NCBI RefSeq assembly: GCF_000015585.1
Contig: NC_008789.1
Coordinates: 630,001-662,000, forward strand
Origin: Halorhodospira halophila SL1
Lineage (GTDB): Bacteria > Pseudomonadota > Gammaproteobacteria > Nitrococcales > Halorhodospiraceae
Length of the DNA stretch: 32,000 bases
Direction: 5' to 3'
Shown here: piece by piece, positions 29,077 to 32,000 of the stretch
Position numbering within the stretch: position 1 is the first letter of the stretch
Layout: each line of letters opens with the position of its first letter
Program-made: the position numbers and the translations under genes
Notes under the pieces: generated by a model
Database searches by the model: none
What the model saw: only the letters and a program-made list of their open reading frames with translations
What the model was told of the DNA's origin: nothing

Positions 29077-29677
29077 CGCTGGTTGCCGGATCCTCGTCGC
29101 TTTCGTCGCCCTCGTCGGGCAGACGCAGATCCAGCTCCAGATGCGCCTGGTCCGGATCCTGCAGCGTGGCCAGATCCGGAAGCTGATCCAGCCCGCGCAG
29201 GTTGAAGTGTTCGAGGAACCCCCGGGTGGTGGCGTACATCGCCGGGCGCCCCGGCACGTCCCGGCGCCCCACCACGCGGATCCAGCCGCGCTCTTCGAGC
29301 GTGCGGATGATCGAGGTGCTGACGCTGACCCCGCGCACCTGTTCGATCTCCCCCCGGGTGATCGGCTGGCGGTAGGCGATCAGGGCCAACGTCTCGAGGA
29401 CAGCCCGTGAGTAACGGGCCGGCCTCTCCTCCCAGAGCCGCGAGACCCATGGGGCCATCTCGGCGCCAACCTGGATGCGGTAGCCGCCGGCCACCTCGCG
29501 GATCTCGATCCCGCGACCCTGGTAGTCCGCGGAGAGCTCGGCCACGGCCCGACGGATGTCATCCCGGCTCGGGGCCCGGTCGGCATCGAACAGACCCTGG
29601 ATGCGCTCGAAGGTCAGGGCTTCGCCGGCGGCGAGCAACGCCGCCTCGATGATCTGCTTGAGTGGTGGCATGTTCAT
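29045..29677 (-). CDS. scpB: Segregation and condensation protein B
   Basis: [44 protein letters not shown] and GRP..Y.TT..FL..F.L. The ATG overlaps the scpA stop (ATGA). Confidence 0.9.
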   Translation of the reverse strand: MNMPPLKQIIEAALLAAGEALTFERIQGLFDADRAPSRDDIRRAVAELSADYQGRGIEIREVAGGYRIQVGAEMAPWVSRLWEERPARYSRAVLETLALIAYRQPITRGEIEQVRGVSVSTSIIRTLEERGWIRVVGRRDVPGRPAMYATTRGFLEHFNLRGLDQLPDLATLQDPDQAHLELDLRLPDEGDESDEDPATSDEQQGATRDE

Positions 29678-30501
29678 CGCGCGCGGATATAGATCGGGGC
29701 AAAGGCGTCGGCCTGGACCAGTTCCACCATGGACTCGCGCACCAGTTCGAGCAGCGCGAGGAAGGTCACGACCACTCCGGTGCGCCCCTCCTCGACCTGA
29801 AACAGCGCCTGGAACGGGGTGTAGCGCTCATTGTTGAGCCGACTCAGGGTATCGCTCATCCGCTCACGGATGCTGATCGCCTCACGCTCAACCTGGTGGT
29901 TCTCGTTCAGCTGCGCCCGGCGCATGACCTCCGAGAAGGCCAGCACCAGCTCGCGCAGGCTGACCGCCGGCGGTTGCGCCTGGGGCTGGCACGCCGGCGC
30001 CTCGGCCGCCGCCGGGAAGATGTCCCGCCCCACCCGGGGGAGTTCGTCGATCTGCTCGGCCACCTTCTTGAAGCGCTCGTACTCCTGCAGCCGACGGATC
30101 AGCTCGGCCCGCGGGTCGTGGTCCTCCTCCTCGTCCTCCTCGGCCGCCGCCGGCCGGGGGAGCAGCATGCGCGATTTGATCTCCGCGAGCATGGCCGCCA
30201 TCACCAGGTACTCGGCGGCCAGCTCCAGGCGCATCTCCCGCATCAGCTCGACATACTCCATGTACTGCCGTGTGATCTCGGCGATGGGGATATCGAGGAT
30301 GTCGAGGTTCTGTCGCCGGATCAGGTAGAGGAGCAGGTCCAGCGGCCCCTCGAACGCCTCGAGGAAGACCTCGAGGGCGTCCGGGGGGATGTAAAGGTCG
30401 TCCGGCAGCCGCCGCAGCGCTTCATCGCCGACGCGGGCCACCGGCTCGCCGCCGCCGGCTGGATCCTCGGCAGGGGTCGCCTCGGCGGCGGTCTCGCTCA
30501 C
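29674..30501 (-). CDS. scpA: Segregation and condensation protein A (kleisin)
   Basis: FEGPLDLLLYLIRRQNLDILDIPIAEIT.QY, and the C-terminal VVVTFLALLEL. The GTG start overlaps the trpS stop (GTGA). Confidence 0.9.
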   Translation of the reverse strand: MSETAAEATPAEDPAGGGEPVARVGDEALRRLPDDLYIPPDALEVFLEAFEGPLDLLLYLIRRQNLDILDIPIAEITRQYMEYVELMREMRLELAAEYLVMAAMLAEIKSRMLLPRPAAAEEDEEEDHDPRAELIRRLQEYERFKKVAEQIDELPRVGRDIFPAAAEAPACQPQAQPPAVSLRELVLAFSEVMRRAQLNENHQVEREAISIRERMSDTLSRLNNERYTPFQALFQVEEGRTGVVVTFLALLELVRESMVELVQADAFAPIYIRAR

Positions 30502-31715
30502 CGGTACTCCAGGCCCATGGCACTGCGCACCTCGCCAAGGGTCTCTCGCGCCTCCTCGCGGGCCTGCTCACAGCCGTCGACGATGACCGAGCGCACATGC
30601 TCGGGATCGTCCTCGTACTCCCGCGCCCGCTCGCGGATCGGCGACAGCTCGGCCTCGACGGCGTCGATGATGCAGCGCTTGCACTCCAGGCAGCCGATGC
30701 CGGCGGTGGTGCAGCCCTCCTGCACCCACGCACGGGTCGACTCGTCAGAGTAGACCTGGTGGAAGTCCCAGACCGGGCACTTCTCGGGATTCCCGGGGTC
30801 ATTGCGGCGCACCCGGGCCGGGTCCGTGGGCATGGTGCGCAGCTTGCGGACCACGTCGTCGGTGGGCTCACGCAGGCCAATGGTGTTGTCGTAGGACTTG
30901 GACATCTTACGGCCATCGAGCCCGGGCATCTTCGCCGTCGGCGTCAGCAGCACCTCGGGCTCCGGCAGCAGCTCCCGTGTGGTGCCGTCGAGGTAGCCGA
31001 AGAGGCGCTCGCGGTCGGCCACGGTGATGTTCGGCTGCCCCTCGAGCAACGCGTGCGCCACCTCCAGGGCCTCGCGATCGCCATCCTGCTGGTAGCGCCG
31101 GCGCAGGTCCTGGTAGAGGCGGGCGTTTTTCTTGCCCATCTTGCGCGCCGCCTCCTGGGCCTTCTCTTCAAAATCCGGCTCGACGCCGTAGAGGTGGTTG
31201 AAACGGCGGGCCACCTCGCGGGTGAGCTCCAGGTGGGCCACCTGGTCTTCGCCCACCGGCACCTCGGTGGCCTTGTAGATGAGCACATCCGCCGATTGAA
31301 GCAACGGGTACCCGAGGAAACCGTAGGTGGACAGGTCGCGGTCGTTCAGCTGCTCCTGCTGATCACGGAACGTTGGCACCCGCTCGAGCCAGCCCAGCGG
31401 GGTCATCATCGACAGCAGTAGATGGAGCTCCGCGTGCTCGGGCACCCGGGACTGGATGAACAGCCGTGCCAGCTTCGGGTTGACGCCGCAGGCCAGCCAG
31501 TCGATGACCATGTCCCAGACATTGTCCCCGACCACCCAGGGGGTCTCGTAGTGGGTGGTTAGGGCGTGCCAGTCGGCAACGAAGAAGAAGCATTCGTACT
31601 CGTTCTGCAGGCGCACCCAGTTCTTGAGCACGCCGTGGTAATGGCCCAGATGCAGCCGTCCCGTCGGGCGCATGCCCGACAGGACGCGGCTGGGTCGTTG
31701 GTTGATGTTAGCCAA
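30498..31715 (-). CDS. trpS: Tryptophan--tRNA ligase, long form (405 aa) with an internal insertion and a C-terminal Cys cluster
   Basis: TTG start 31713-31715. Contains SGMRPTGRLHLGHYHG (HIGH), ADWHALT, GEDQ..H.ELTRE.A.RFN and KMSKS (residues 270-274). Cysteines at residues 313, 335, 342, 345 and 348. Confidence 0.93.
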   Translation of the reverse strand: MANINQRPSRVLSGMRPTGRLHLGHYHGVLKNWVRLQNEYECFFFVADWHALTTHYETPWVVGDNVWDMVIDWLACGVNPKLARLFIQSRVPEHAELHLLLSMMTPLGWLERVPTFRDQQEQLNDRDLSTYGFLGYPLLQSADVLIYKATEVPVGEDQVAHLELTREVARRFNHLYGVEPDFEEKAQEAARKMGKKNARLYQDLRRRYQQDGDREALEVAHALLEGQPNITVADRERLFGYLDGTTRELLPEPEVLLTPTAKMPGLDGRKMSKSYDNTIGLREPTDDVVRKLRTMPTDPARVRRNDPGNPEKCPVWDFHQVYSDESTRAWVQEGCTTAGIGCLECKRCIIDAVEAELSPIRERAREYEDDPEHVRSVIVDGCEQAREEARETLGEVRSAMGLEYR

Positions 31716-31757
31716 GCAACGCTCCTTATCGTTGATTCGCGATTCGAGCCGGGGCGC

Positions 31758-32000
31758 TCAAGCGCCCTGGAAGACGCGGGTATCGCCGACCCCTTCGCGG
31801 ATGACCTCGGCGGCCTCGCCGGTGAGATCGATCACGGTACTGACGCCACCGCCGGTGGGACCGCCGGCCACGACGGCATCGATCAGCTTGCCGATGCGCT
31901 CCTGGATCGCCTCGGGGTCATTGAGCGGCATGTCGTCACCGGGCATTTGCAGCGTGACGCTCATCAGGGGCTCACCGAGGGTGTTGAGCAACGCCCGGCT
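31758..32000 (-). CDS. tsaC: L-threonylcarbamoyladenylate synthase (TsaC/YrdC/Sua5 family), C-terminal part only; the N-terminus lies beyond the window
   Basis: GEPLMSVTLQ..G......P..I.......IDAVVAGGP.GGG.STVIDLTG....V.R.G.G is typical of the YrdC fold C-terminus. The frame stays open to base 32000. Confidence 0.7.
   Translation of the reverse strand, partial: SRALLNTLGEPLMSVTLQMPGDDMPLNDPEAIQERIGKLIDAVVAGGPTGGGVSTVIDLTGEAAEVIREGVGDTRVFQGA

Overview
This is a GC-rich, gene-dense, mostly housekeeping chromosomal segment of a gammaproteobacterium. The gene order matches the known Pseudomonas-type arrangement ihfB-rpsA-cmk-aroA-tyrA-hisC-pheA-serC-gyrA on one side and mtnA / mtaD-ubiG-gph(mupP)-yciK on the other. 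I can support 32 protein-coding genes. On the plus strand: putA (5-prime truncated by the window edge), phbB, nhaP2/cvrA, mtaD, ubiG, gph-like, an SQS/PSY-like gene, an HD-hydrolase gene, yciK-like and an EndoIII-like gene. On the minus strand: cysK, comEA, pyrF, lapB, lapA, ihfB, rpsA, cmk, aroA, tyrA, hisC, pheA, serA-like, serC, gyrA, mtnA, rluB, scpB, scpA, trpS and tsaC (partial). I saw no tRNA, rRNA, CRISPR array, transposase, integrase or recognisable defence or toxin module, so I do not claim a new multi-gene system. The one signal the gene map does not explain is a family of three long (217-255 bp) hairpin-forming intergenic elements: E1 at 1714-1968, E2 at 20693-20939 and E3 at 25688-25904. 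They share a conserved core, which in E2 and E3 is about 160 nt in opposite genomic orientation, while E1 carries a shortened version. The outer arms are unrelated between copies, yet each pair is perfectly self-complementary over 25-39 bp. An inner stem shows compensatory base changes across all three copies. Each copy lies 2-8 nt from the stop codon of a gene, in the same orientation relative to that gene. In E1 the palindrome runs across both stop codons, so the convergent putA and cysK genes both end in -DDEA, encoded by the same 12-mer in inverted orientation. Secondary points are: an SQS/PSY-family protein that has lost both Asp-rich motifs, next to a stand-alone RelA/SpoT-type HD hydrolase, in a synteny break that also holds E3; a long-form TrpRS with a Cys motif resembling the Fe-S TrpRS class; and heavy stop/start overlap coupling along the aromatic-amino-acid operon. 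The many long antisense ORFs in the track are GC-driven artefacts.
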